Source: Thermodesulfobacteriota bacterium
Lineage (GTDB): Bacteria > Desulfobacterota_D > UBA1144 > Nemesobacterales > JAJCZQ01
Length of the DNA: 64,000 nucleotides
Assembly (NCBI GenBank): GCA_965203965.1
Contig: CBDBDR010000017.1
Location: 1,216,001 to 1,280,000 of the forward strand
Direction: 5' to 3'
Part shown: positions 22,119 through 31,309 of the stretch, one piece after another
How the letters are laid out: every line of letters starts with the position of its first letter
Numbering within the stretch: position 1 is the first letter of the stretch
Program-made: the position numbers and the translations under genes
The notes under the pieces: model-generated
Databases searched by the model: none
What the model was told of the DNA's origin: nothing
The model's input: only the letters and a program-made list of their open reading frames with translations

Positions 22119-23039
22119 TTACTTAACAAAATGCTCTAAGATAGCTTGAGCGGAGTAGAGTTTATTTTCTGCTTGCCGGAATACAATAGAGTTTTTGCTG
22201 TGCAGGACTTCGTCAGTGATCTCCTCTCCTCTGTGTGCAGGGAGGCAGTGCATGATCAGGGGGTTATTTTTAGAGGCTTTTAGGAGGACAGAATTGAGCT
22301 GGAAGTTTTGGAAGGATTGGAGCTTTTGACTTTTATTGACTTTGTTAGTAGGTCTTGCCATACTGACCCAGACGTCCGTATAGATAACGTCTGCTTTTAT
22401 GACGGCGGCTTTAGGGTCATTAGTGATCTTGACGTTGGTGTGTAGGGAGATTTTTGGTTCATAGCCCTTTGGGCATGCGATGGTGAGTTCAAAGCCCAAG
22501 ATTTCAGAAGCTGCTATAAGAGAGTTGGTGACGTTATTCGGATCACCCAAGTAGGTTAGCCTGAAGCTATTTAGGTTAATTTTCTTTTCGCTTGCCTGAC
22601 GGCTCTCCAATATGGTGAATAGGTCCGAGACTATCTGCGTTGGATGTTCCGCGTCGGTGAGACCATTAATTACAGGCACTTTAGAGTGTTGTGCAAAAGT
22701 GTTGAGGCGTTGCTGTTCGTAGGTTCTGATGATGATGGCGTGTAGGTAGGAGGATAGGACTTTTGCAGTGTCGGCGATGGTTTCGTTCCTGTCCAGTTGA
22801 GTGTCGTTTGGGTCAATGTAGATGGCACCCATGCCGAGGCGATGGGCAGCGACTTGGAAGGCAACCCTTGTCCGTGTTGACTTTTTGTCAAAGAGCATTG
22901 CGACAGTAGCTGCGTGCAGGCGGTTGGTGGTTCTTTTTGCGTTTTTGAAGTCACCAGTGCGTTGAATTAAGTGCAATAGATCGCTTTTTGATAGGTCATT
23001 TAGTTTTAGTAAGTGCTTTGGTTTATGTAAGTTATCCAC
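22119..23039 (-). CDS. argF: Ornithine carbamoyltransferase (GTG start)
   Basis: STRTR, HPTQ, YTDVWVSM, MHCLP, QAENK; downstream of argB-argD. Confidence 0.93.
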   Translation of the reverse strand: MDNLHKPKHLLKLNDLSKSDLLHLIQRTGDFKNAKRTTNRLHAATVAMLFDKKSTRTRVAFQVAAHRLGMGAIYIDPNDTQLDRNETIADTAKVLSSYLHAIIIRTYEQQRLNTFAQHSKVPVINGLTDAEHPTQIVSDLFTILESRQASEKKINLNSFRLTYLGDPNNVTNSLIAASEILGFELTIACPKGYEPKISLHTNVKITNDPKAAVIKADVIYTDVWVSMARPTNKVNKSQKLQSFQNFQLNSVLLKASKNNPLIMHCLPAHRGEEITDEVLHSKNSIVFRQAENKLYSAQAILEHFVK

Positions 23040-23051
23040 AGGTTATCCACA
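23032..23051 (+). promoter_or_regulatory. Two tandem consensus DnaA boxes
   Basis: TTATCCACA at 23032-23040 and 23043-23051, separated by GG. Confidence 0.7.
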
Positions 23052-24257
23052 GGCTCCTTTAACTTCTTTTTCAATTATTCGTAGGGCAAAGTCTATTTCT
23101 TCTTTGGAGATGATGAGCGGGGGAAGTATTCTCATGACAGTGTCGGCAGTGCGTATGGTGAGCAATCCGCTATCAATGCACTTGCTGATAACTTCTTGTG
23201 CCAGTTCTTTAGTTCGCAGTTGGATGCCGATCATAAGTCCCACGCCCCTAACATCTGCAATAACGCTTGGGTAATTGTTTTGTATTTCTGTTAGTTTTTT
23301 GATGAAGTATTGCCCGTGATGCCGGATTTTGCTGAGCAAGGTTTGGTTGTTAATGATCTTCATAACGGCAAGTCCACAACTGGTAGCAAGAGGATTACCA
23401 CCGAAAGTTGAGCCATGCGAGCCACGTGGCACTGCAGTTGTCACTTTGTTGCTCAACAGGACTGCACCGCAGGGAACTCCGCCTCCGAGACCTTTGGCAA
23501 GTGCCATTATGTCCGGCACGATGCCCTCGTGCTGATAAGCAAATAGTTGTCCGGTTCTCCCCATGCCCGTTTGCACCTCGTCAAGTATCAAAAGCACCTT
23601 ATGCCTGTTGCAATGCTCTCTGACCTCACCCAAATACCCACTGGGCGGAACGATGACGCCGTTCTCCCCCTGCACAGGCTCAAGCATCACGGCACAAAAA
23701 TCAGCAGACTTATTAAGCCTATCACCCACAGCGTCCGCGTCCCCGTAGTCAACAAACTCAAAGCCTTGCAGTAAAGGCTCAAAGCCCGACCGATAGCACC
23801 TTGTGCCAGTGGCGCTGAGTGCTCCAAACGTCCGCCCGTGAAAGGAACCATGAGTTGCAAGTATCTTGTGCCTTGCACCGTTAGCCTTGCCCCATAGCCT
23901 TGCAAACTTTATGGCACCCTCTATTGCCTCGGTGCCTGAATTGCAGAAAAATACTTTGCCTGACAGCATTGCAGAGCCGTCGGATGCCTCTACTAACTCC
24001 CTTGCCAGCTTTGCCTGCGACCCTATGTAAAACAGGTTGGAACTGTGCACTATTCGCTCGCTCGCCACCCTTATTGCCTCCTGCAGGGCTTTATGCGAGT
24101 GCCCTAAACAGCTCGTTCCTATCCCCGATGTAAGGTCAAGTAGCTTTTTGCCCTGATCACTCCATATCCAACACCCCTTGCCCCTCTCCACCACCGCAGG
24201 AATCCGATCATAAGTTCGGAGTATGTAGCGATCTGTGAGTTCTGCAACACCTGTCAC
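23043..24257 (-). CDS. argD: Acetylornithine aminotransferase
   Basis: FCNSGTEAIE, SFHGRT, EPVQGE, DEVQTGMGRTG, LAKGLGGG, HGSTFGGNP. Confidence 0.95.
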   Translation of the reverse strand: MTGVAELTDRYILRTYDRIPAVVERGKGCWIWSDQGKKLLDLTSGIGTSCLGHSHKALQEAIRVASERIVHSSNLFYIGSQAKLARELVEASDGSAMLSGKVFFCNSGTEAIEGAIKFARLWGKANGARHKILATHGSFHGRTFGALSATGTRCYRSGFEPLLQGFEFVDYGDADAVGDRLNKSADFCAVMLEPVQGENGVIVPPSGYLGEVREHCNRHKVLLILDEVQTGMGRTGQLFAYQHEGIVPDIMALAKGLGGGVPCGAVLLSNKVTTAVPRGSHGSTFGGNPLATSCGLAVMKIINNQTLLSKIRHHGQYFIKKLTEIQNNYPSVIADVRGVGLMIGIQLRTKELAQEVISKCIDSGLLTIRTADTVMRILPPLIISKEEIDFALRIIEKEVKGACG

Positions 24258-25165
24258 AGCGTTATCTCCGTCCCAATACCAGCATCCGTAAAAAGCTCAA
24301 GCAGCAGTGCTCGCTCCTTATGTCCATTGATCACGTGGACCTTCTCAACCCCTTCATGCAATGCATCAAGGGCACAGGTTACTTTCGGTATCATCCCCTG
24401 TGAGATAATCCCTGTTCTCATCAACTCCCGAGCTTCTGTCTCGGTCAGCGAGCTGATCAGTTCCTTGTTTTCATCCAAAATCCCCGCAACGTTCGTTAGC
24501 ATTATCAAACGGGATGCTTGCAATGCCCCTGCCATCTGGCTTGCCACATGGTCTGCATTTATGTTGTATGTCTTGCCTCCCTCATCAATACCGATTGGTG
24601 CGATCACCGGTATGTAGCCCATGTCCCCCTCATGCTTGCAGCTGGTGCTTGCTCCAGCAAGCCTTCTGATCACATCACAATCTATCCTTGCCACTTCTCC
24701 CACCATGCCAAGATCCGTCCCCTGTGGTATTTCAAGCCCACTTTGCCTTGCCAAACGCTCCATATCTATCTTTCTTGCCTTTATTAACCCTCCGCCTTTC
24801 CCCGATAGACCTACTGCCTTGCCTCCATGACGATTTATTGCCGTTATGATCTCTTGATTCACTTTCCCCATAAGGACCATCTCCACCACCTTTATCGTCT
24901 TTGCGTCTGTTACTCGCTGCCCAGCTATTGTTTCTGTCTCTATATTTTGTTCCGCAAGATTCTCGGCGATCTGAACACCACCGCCATGCACCACCACTGG
25001 TTTGATACCAACATATACGCAATACAGCAGGTCTTCAGCAAATGCGGATAGGTCTTTTTGCCCAATACTGCCGCCATATTTTATCACCACGGTCTTGCCG
25101 TGAAACTGCTTTATATACGGCAGGGCTTCAACCAAAGTTTGTGCTTTGTTTACAAGATGTTTCAT
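24254..25165 (-). CDS. argB: Acetylglutamate kinase
   Basis: EALPYI, VIKYGG, VHGGG, RVTD, YNINAD, GMIPKV. Confidence 0.96.
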   Translation of the reverse strand: MKHLVNKAQTLVEALPYIKQFHGKTVVIKYGGSIGQKDLSAFAEDLLYCVYVGIKPVVVHGGGVQIAENLAEQNIETETIAGQRVTDAKTIKVVEMVLMGKVNQEIITAINRHGGKAVGLSGKGGGLIKARKIDMERLARQSGLEIPQGTDLGMVGEVARIDCDVIRRLAGASTSCKHEGDMGYIPVIAPIGIDEGGKTYNINADHVASQMAGALQASRLIMLTNVAGILDENKELISSLTETEARELMRTGIISQGMIPKVTCALDALHEGVEKVHVINGHKERALLLELFTDAGIGTEITL

Positions 25166-25221
25166 TATGATCTTTTGATAGATAGAAGGAAATTAAGTAT
25201 ATAATAGTTTAAAGTTATCAA

Positions 25222-26841
25222 ATGAAAAGAGTATTAACCCCATTTTATATAATATTATTTTTCTGTCTGCCAATTACGGCTGAGTTTGCATCCTCGCAGA
25301 AAATACTCAATCTATCGTTGGAAGATGCCAAAATAATGGTGCTTGAAAACAACAGGGATATTGAGATACAGAGGCAGAACATAAACTTTGCTGAAGGGAA
25401 TGTGGAAAAAGAAAAAGGGGCTTTTGATCCGGTCTTCAATCTGTCGTCTTTGTATTCCGATTCACAATCCCCAGTTGCGAGTGCATTGATCCAAAGCGGT
25501 AGTCTGAGAGAGAAGGAGTTCAACATTGAGAGCAGTATTTCGGGCAGATTATCAACGGGAACTTTTTATGACCTGTATAATTTTTCTGTTTCAAGAAGAG
25601 TATCTGATTCTCCAGTTCAATCCTTGAGCCCGAGTTTGTCGACGTCTTTGGGTTTCAGCATAGGTCAAGAGTTGTTGAAAAATTTTGGCAGAGACACCAA
25701 CAATGCAAAGCTGTTTGTTGCCAGAAAAAATCTGGAACAAACCGTAGTACAACTTGAACGAACTGTATCGGGTGTTTTGTTTGATATTGAAAGAGATTAC
25801 TGGGGTCTGGTTGCTTCCATGCAAAACTTAGAACTTGAGAAAAAAGCACTGGAACTGGCAGAGGATCTTGAACGAAGGAACACTGTGGAAGTTGAAGTTG
25901 GCACTCTTCCATCTGTTGCCATAACTCAGGCAAGAGCGGAAGTTGCTCTCAGAAAAGTTGCTCTTATAAACGCAGAAAATTCACTGGAAAGAGCAAAAGA
26001 CAAACTGAAAAATGCCCTTGTTCTACCCTATAACATGGATATTGTGACGACTGAAGAACCTAAAACCTATAGAGAATCTAATATAAATGGTAGCTCCAGC
26101 ATTGCAGGATTGCCTGCTTCGCATGAATCATTAGCTTTGGAAACTGCATTTAAAAACAGGACAGAGCTTGCTGAAGCTCTACATGATATAGAAAAGGGCA
26201 AGCGTTTAAAAAAGTTTTACTCAAACCAGAGGCTGCCAAGTCTCAAGGTGGGAGCTCTTTTTCGTTTGCAGGGTCTTGGAGGAAAAGAAAATACAGATCG
26301 TCTGTCGTTCGGTGGCTCTACAAGTTCAATACCGGGCGATTTTACAGGACAATCAAAAGGTTTTCAAACTCTTATAGATAGAGATTACCCCGGCTGGTCA
26401 GTGGTGGGTGTATTAAGTTACCCCTTGCTCAACAGGTCTGCTAAAGGAGATTATATACAGACCGTTGCCGACCTCAACAGGCGATTGATCAATTACAAGA
26501 AGATAAAGGAACGAATAGAGTTTGAGGTGAGGGATGCTTTTAGGGAGGTCAGGAACAGTCTGAAAAAGATAGATGCTTCCACAAAAGCCGTGGAGCTTGC
26601 CGAAGAAGTGGTCAGGAACGATGAAGAAAGGTTGAAAGTTGGTATTGCCACCACCAGAGAAGTGCTTGAATCACAGCGCGACCTAATTGACGCACAAACA
26701 GCACGGATTGAAGCGATCACTCAATACAACATCTCCATCGCTGCTCTTGAAAAAGCTAAGGGAACTTTGCTGTTGAAAAACAACATTGTAATCAGGGACG
26801 GCAATTTTAAGGGAGATTATTCAATAAAAACCTCAAAATAG
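25222..26841 (+). CDS. TolC-family outer membrane efflux protein
   Basis: Signal peptide, LSLEDA---LENN, two coiled-coil repeats, VG-ATT-EVL--Q--L. Confidence 0.88.
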   Translation: MKRVLTPFYIILFFCLPITAEFASSQKILNLSLEDAKIMVLENNRDIEIQRQNINFAEGNVEKEKGAFDPVFNLSSLYSDSQSPVASALIQSGSLREKEFNIESSISGRLSTGTFYDLYNFSVSRRVSDSPVQSLSPSLSTSLGFSIGQELLKNFGRDTNNAKLFVARKNLEQTVVQLERTVSGVLFDIERDYWGLVASMQNLELEKKALELAEDLERRNTVEVEVGTLPSVAITQARAEVALRKVALINAENSLERAKDKLKNALVLPYNMDIVTTEEPKTYRESNINGSSSIAGLPASHESLALETAFKNRTELAEALHDIEKGKRLKKFYSNQRLPSLKVGALFRLQGLGGKENTDRLSFGGSTSSIPGDFTGQSKGFQTLIDRDYPGWSVVGVLSYPLLNRSAKGDYIQTVADLNRRLINYKKIKERIEFEVRDAFREVRNSLKKIDASTKAVELAEEVVRNDEERLKVGIATTREVLESQRDLIDAQTARIEAITQYNISIAALEKAKGTLLLKNNIVIRDGNFKGDYSIKTSK

Positions 26842-26942
26842 ATAAGAAAGCACTCAATTAATTACTGCAACAAAATATAAGTTCAGTTACAAGGTTACAT
26901 AAAGAGTGCTTCTTACCAATCTTAAGGGTTTAACAATAACAC

Positions 26943-27632
26943 TTACTGACAATCAGAATCATCATCATTTAGCGTATCAATAAAATCCCCTACATCTTCG
27001 TCATCTACCAGTTCTAAAAAAGGTAGGTCGCTTACCTGTGTTACTTCACATGCGCCACTTGTGAAGGTAAATCTATCAGCAGAACTAGAATCTGATGCAA
27101 CAGGGGTGTTAATAGTCAGGGCGTCCTGATTTGGAGTAAATTGTATCTCAACATTATCGGGATCAAATCCTATTTCATTTGTATCAAAATCCCTTTCCTC
27201 ATCAAGGTCTTTCCAAACCACAGTGCTACTATCTTGCGACGATGGGTCGGTGACAAGAATGCCAACGAGTTGACCTTCTTGTTGATTTTGGCTTGCTTCT
27301 ATACACGCAACAAAAGCGTTGTCATCACCCAAAAATCCACTAAATGCATCAGGAATAGCCCCAAAAAGGCTTGTTATACAACTGTCTGAAACTGATGAAA
27401 TAACTCCACAGGTTGTATTTCCGCTTACAAACACGCTAGGTTGTTTTGGAGAACCTTCGTCAAGTGCTGAACCAGGACACACGGTTTGAGATTCAAGAGT
27501 AATAACAGTAGGAGCAGGAGGAGTAGTAGTAGACCCTCCGTCATCTCCGCCGCCGCCACCACCACATCCAAAGGTTAAGAACAAGATAAACAGCATTCCT
27601 AAGAATGAATTCCTTTTTGATATTTTAATCAT
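26943..27632 (-). CDS. Hypothetical acidic lipoprotein (start at ATG 27632)
   Basis: AGGAGG SD, lipobox TFGC followed by G/D/T/P-rich linker; Asp-rich; six further Cys. Confidence 0.8.
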   Translation of the reverse strand: MIKISKRNSFLGMLFILFLTFGCGGGGGGDDGGSTTTPPAPTVITLESQTVCPGSALDEGSPKQPSVFVSGNTTCGVISSVSDSCITSLFGAIPDAFSGFLGDDNAFVACIEASQNQQEGQLVGILVTDPSSQDSSTVVWKDLDEERDFDTNEIGFDPDNVEIQFTPNQDALTINTPVASDSSSADRFTFTSGACEVTQVSDLPFLELVDDEDVGDFIDTLNDDDSDCQ

Positions 27633-27705
27633 GGGTTGCAACCTCCTTTGTATATAAAAATTGGTTTTGAAAGGTAACTATATACAATTTACCTGTCAAG
27701 AGTTT

Positions 27706-29268
27706 TTAATGCTTGAAATGCCTTGTTCCGGTAAACACCATTGATATGTTATGCTCGTCAGCGGCAGCTATTGTCTCTTCATCCCTGATTGATCCACCGG
27801 GTTGAACTATTGCTTTTATTCCGGCTTTTGCAGCTTCATCAATACCATCCCTGAAGGGAAAAAAAGCATCTGATGCTAAAACACAGCCTTTAGTGTCAAT
27901 CTGTGCCTTCATTGCGGCAATTTTCACCGAATCCACCCTGTTCATTTGTCCAGCCCCAATACCTACTGTTCTGCTATTTTTTGCAAATATTATCGCGTTG
28001 GATTTTACATGCTTACATACTTTCCAAGCGAATTTCATATCGGTAATATCCTGCTCCGTGGGTTGTTGCTTTGTTGCGATCTTCATTCCCTGAAAATTTT
28101 CATCCGAAGTTGAATCCCAATCTTGAATGAGCATTCCACCAACAACTCTTTTGAAATCGAGCTTTTTAGATCCGTGGTCATCCAGACCCGGTGTCTGTAA
28201 AATTCTGATGTTCTTTTTGGACTTGAATACCTCAAGAGCTTCTTCGCTATATTCTGGGGCTATGACTATCTCTACAAACATGGCGGCTATCTCTTCTGCT
28301 GTGGGCTTATCCACTTTTCCGTTAAATGCAATTATTCCTCCGAACGCACTTACAGGGTCACACTCCTTTGCCTTGAGAAATGCTTGAAGCAGGATCTTAT
28401 TGGTTGCAACTCCGCATGGATTGTTGTGCTTGACTATCACACAGGTAGTTTCATTAAACTCTTTTACCAACTCAAGAGCCGAATTTGTATCGTATATATT
28501 ATTTAATGAAAGCTGTTTGCCCCAAAGCTGTTTTGCGTTTGATATGCAAGGGTAGGGTAGGTCTGATTGAGTGTAGAAGGCACCCTGCTGGTGTGGATTT
28601 TCTCCATATCTGAGATCCATTTTTTTTTCCAGATGAAGTGTGTAACTTTTTGGCAACTTCATCTGGGTTCCATCTTCATTCAGTGTCGATAGGTAGTTGG
28701 AAATTGCCGCATCATAACGTGCGACATAAGAAAAAGCCTTTACCGCAAGCCTTAATTTGGTCTGATCCGTGATGGATCCATTATTTTTTTTTACTTCATC
28801 AATTATGTCTTCATAATCTCCAGGATCTGTAACAATGCACACGTCTTTATAGTTCTTGGCAGCAGCTCTCAGCATCGTTGGCCCACCGATGTCAATGTTC
28901 TCAATTGCTTCCTCCAACGTGACTCCATCTTTTTTTACGGTCTCTTCAAAGGGATAAAGATTTACAACGACCATATCTATGGGTTCAATATAATTGTTCT
29001 TCATATCTTCCTGGTGATGTTTGTTGTTCCTTATTGCTAAAATTCCACCGTGTATTTTCGGGTGAAGAGTTTTCACTCTGCCGTTCAATATCTCATTTGA
29101 TTGAGTATATTCAGAAATCCCAGTTACCTTGACCCCGGCTTCTTTTAGTTTTTTTGCAGTTCCGCCTGTTGAAAGTATCTCAACGCCTATTTCATCAAGG
29201 CTTTTTGCAAAATGTTCCACGTTTCTTTTGTCGGAAACACTGATTATGACTCTGTTGATCTTTGCCAT
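27706..29268 (-). CDS. purH: Bifunctional AICAR transformylase/IMP cyclohydrolase
   Basis: ISVSDK, GRVKTLHP, IDIGGP, RYGENPHQ, KHNNPCG, ASDAFFPF, RHFKH. Confidence 0.98.
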   Translation of the reverse strand: MAKINRVIISVSDKRNVEHFAKSLDEIGVEILSTGGTAKKLKEAGVKVTGISEYTQSNEILNGRVKTLHPKIHGGILAIRNNKHHQEDMKNNYIEPIDMVVVNLYPFEETVKKDGVTLEEAIENIDIGGPTMLRAAAKNYKDVCIVTDPGDYEDIIDEVKKNNGSITDQTKLRLAVKAFSYVARYDAAISNYLSTLNEDGTQMKLPKSYTLHLEKKMDLRYGENPHQQGAFYTQSDLPYPCISNAKQLWGKQLSLNNIYDTNSALELVKEFNETTCVIVKHNNPCGVATNKILLQAFLKAKECDPVSAFGGIIAFNGKVDKPTAEEIAAMFVEIVIAPEYSEEALEVFKSKKNIRILQTPGLDDHGSKKLDFKRVVGGMLIQDWDSTSDENFQGMKIATKQQPTEQDITDMKFAWKVCKHVKSNAIIFAKNSRTVGIGAGQMNRVDSVKIAAMKAQIDTKGCVLASDAFFPFRDGIDEAAKAGIKAIVQPGGSIRDEETIAAADEHNISMVFTGTRHFKH

Positions 29269-29451
29269 TTTCTACACTCCTTTATGCTGTATAAATAGTC
29301 AAGTTCTACCAGTTGTTGAAAGTGTGTAAGAAATTATAACCCACCATCACAAGTTTAAGTTCCTTTTAGAAGTCAACAGTTTAACGTATAATCATCTTAA
29401 AATCACCATTTGTGATCCTAAGTAATCATGTGAAAATTAAGGTGTCAGTTT

Positions 29452-30330
29452 ATGAGAGATAATAACTCTTTAAATATAAAAGTCGGACTTTTTGTTTTTA
29501 TAACAGTATTAATTTTTTTCGTAGGGATTTTTCTGGTTACCGGAGATAAGAAATTTTTTGAGAAACATTATTACGTCCGAACTCATTTTGACAACACTGT
29601 GGGTCTTCTGCCAGGAGCCTATGTCAGACTTTCAGGAGTGAAGGTCGGCAATGTTGACAAGATCGGGTTTCCAGACAAAATGGGTGAAAACTCTATTGAG
29701 GTTACGATTAAGGTGAGCAGGGAAGGTGCGGAACGTATCACGCCTGACTCAAAAGCCACTATTCGCACCGAAGGGCTGCTTGGAGCAAAATACATTGAGA
29801 TCATACGAGGAGAGTTGCCCCCGTTTGCTCGGATTGACCAGATGATGGTTATTAAAAGTTATACTCCTCCAGAGCTACAGCAGCTTATCGGCAGTTCGGA
29901 CGAGTTGCTTACTAACTTAATAAGCATATCAAAAAATCTGGATGAAACCTCTGCGATGTTTGCCGATAAAAAAACTTTGAATAGCATTAGCCAAACGCTT
30001 AACTCTATAAGAAAAAGTGCAGATGAACTGAGGAAAAGTTTGAGAGCCATTGAGGAAGGAGAAGGTGCTCTTAGTAAATTAATATATGATGAGGAGTTTG
30101 GACAGAAATTGACAGTTACTTTGAACAATTTGGGAGAGATGTCTGATAATTTCAAAGATATTTCGGAGAGTTTAAAAGAAGGTGAGGGAACTTTGGGAGC
30201 TCTTTTGGTAGATCCTTCCATTCATGATGGGCTAAAAGGCGTTTTGGGAAAAGCTCAAAGAAGCAAATTCATAAGATCCGCCGTTCAATATCTGGTGGAA
30301 AATAGATCCCAGAGTTTTATAAAGGAATAA
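29452..30330 (+). CDS. MCE/MlaD-family protein
   Basis: KVGLFV TM, GL-PGA-VRLSGVKVG-V, TEGLLG-KYIEI, helical tail GEGTLG-L. Confidence 0.9.
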   Translation: MRDNNSLNIKVGLFVFITVLIFFVGIFLVTGDKKFFEKHYYVRTHFDNTVGLLPGAYVRLSGVKVGNVDKIGFPDKMGENSIEVTIKVSREGAERITPDSKATIRTEGLLGAKYIEIIRGELPPFARIDQMMVIKSYTPPELQQLIGSSDELLTNLISISKNLDETSAMFADKKTLNSISQTLNSIRKSADELRKSLRAIEEGEGALSKLIYDEEFGQKLTVTLNNLGEMSDNFKDISESLKEGEGTLGALLVDPSIHDGLKGVLGKAQRSKFIRSAVQYLVENRSQSFIKE

Positions 30331-30456
30331 TATGGATTTTGGACTCAACAAATAATTTAATGATGGAAGAAAAAATTTCGTTATGGAGTTTTTAGTTTTT
30401 CATTTATATTTTAGTCAGTGCGATAAATAAAAAATAAGTGAAGGAGGTAGATAATT

Positions 30457-31260
30457 ATGAGACTGTTAAACAGATATTTAGTTATTTTTGCATTAATCCT
30501 TTCCGTTGCTTTTGTGAAGGCACCATTATCTTCGGATGCTTTTGCAATGTCGGGAGATGATTTGCCTGCTCCACAATTGGTGACTAATGCGTGGATGTTC
30601 ATTGCAGCTTACAAAGCAAATCCCAAGGCTTTAAAAGAGCTTTTGCCTTCGGGGTTGAAGCCACATCCTGAAGGTCGTGTTGTAATAAATATGTACACGG
30701 TGCCGAAAGCAGATCAGACGTCCGGGTTTGGTTCATATACCTTGACTTATCTGACCGTTGAATTGGAGGGACATGATTCCTACACGATGAATTCAGAAAT
30801 AAAATATCCCGGGCGTTACTTTGTGTATTACTTTAACAGTTCACCCGCGATGAGGGATTTCGTGAAAAAAGTGGGTATTCCGGCAGAGAAGGGTAAAACC
30901 ATTACCAAAGTTAGTAAAGGTGGTAAATTGAAAGCAAAGTTGATGGTTGGTGGAAAACCATTTATTGTGGCGAAAGCTGATGTCGGCAAAAAATTAGAAA
31001 CCACTCCCGGAGGACATCTTAATTACTTTGGTTTGATTCCGGCGCAGCAGGGTAATCATAATAAGAATCAAGTGGTTAAATATCCAATTCCTTTTGTTGG
31101 ACGAGTTGTTGAAACCACTAATGCGAGGATAAAGTTCAAGGTTTCCAAAAAACACCCGTTGTGGAAGATCAGGCCTAAAAAAGAGACCCCACCGGTTTGG
31201 GCTGTATGGATGAAAGGGAGTTTTGTTTATCCACAACACCAGGTTATAAGTGAGTTTTAA
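30457..31260 (+). CDS. Exported acetoacetate-decarboxylase-like (ADC-fold) protein
   Basis: GGAGG SD, signal peptide; Y---P--L--LLP-GL, FG-Y, G-Y, GIP pattern resembling ADC-like superfamily. Confidence 0.6.
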   Translation: MRLLNRYLVIFALILSVAFVKAPLSSDAFAMSGDDLPAPQLVTNAWMFIAAYKANPKALKELLPSGLKPHPEGRVVINMYTVPKADQTSGFGSYTLTYLTVELEGHDSYTMNSEIKYPGRYFVYYFNSSPAMRDFVKKVGIPAEKGKTITKVSKGGKLKAKLMVGGKPFIVAKADVGKKLETTPGGHLNYFGLIPAQQGNHNKNQVVKYPIPFVGRVVETTNARIKFKVSKKHPLWKIRPKKETPPVWAVWMKGSFVYPQHQVISEF

Positions 31261-31309
31261 TACTGTTAATTTGTAATGGCTTGTGGTATATAGACAGGAG
31301 TTCTTTTTC

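Noticed and set aside
23006..23033. TTATGTAAGTT resembling a XerD half-site next to the DnaA boxes
   Set aside because: No XerC half-site at 6-bp spacing
23418..23433. parS-like palindrome around GCCACGTGGC
   Set aside because: Only 11/16 match to TGTTCCACGTGGAACA; mentioned only as lying near the skew flip
26848..26911. AAGCACTC...GAGTGCTT resembling CIRCE arms
   Set aside because: Spacer is 48 bp rather than 9 and it lies between convergent genes; more likely a 3' stem
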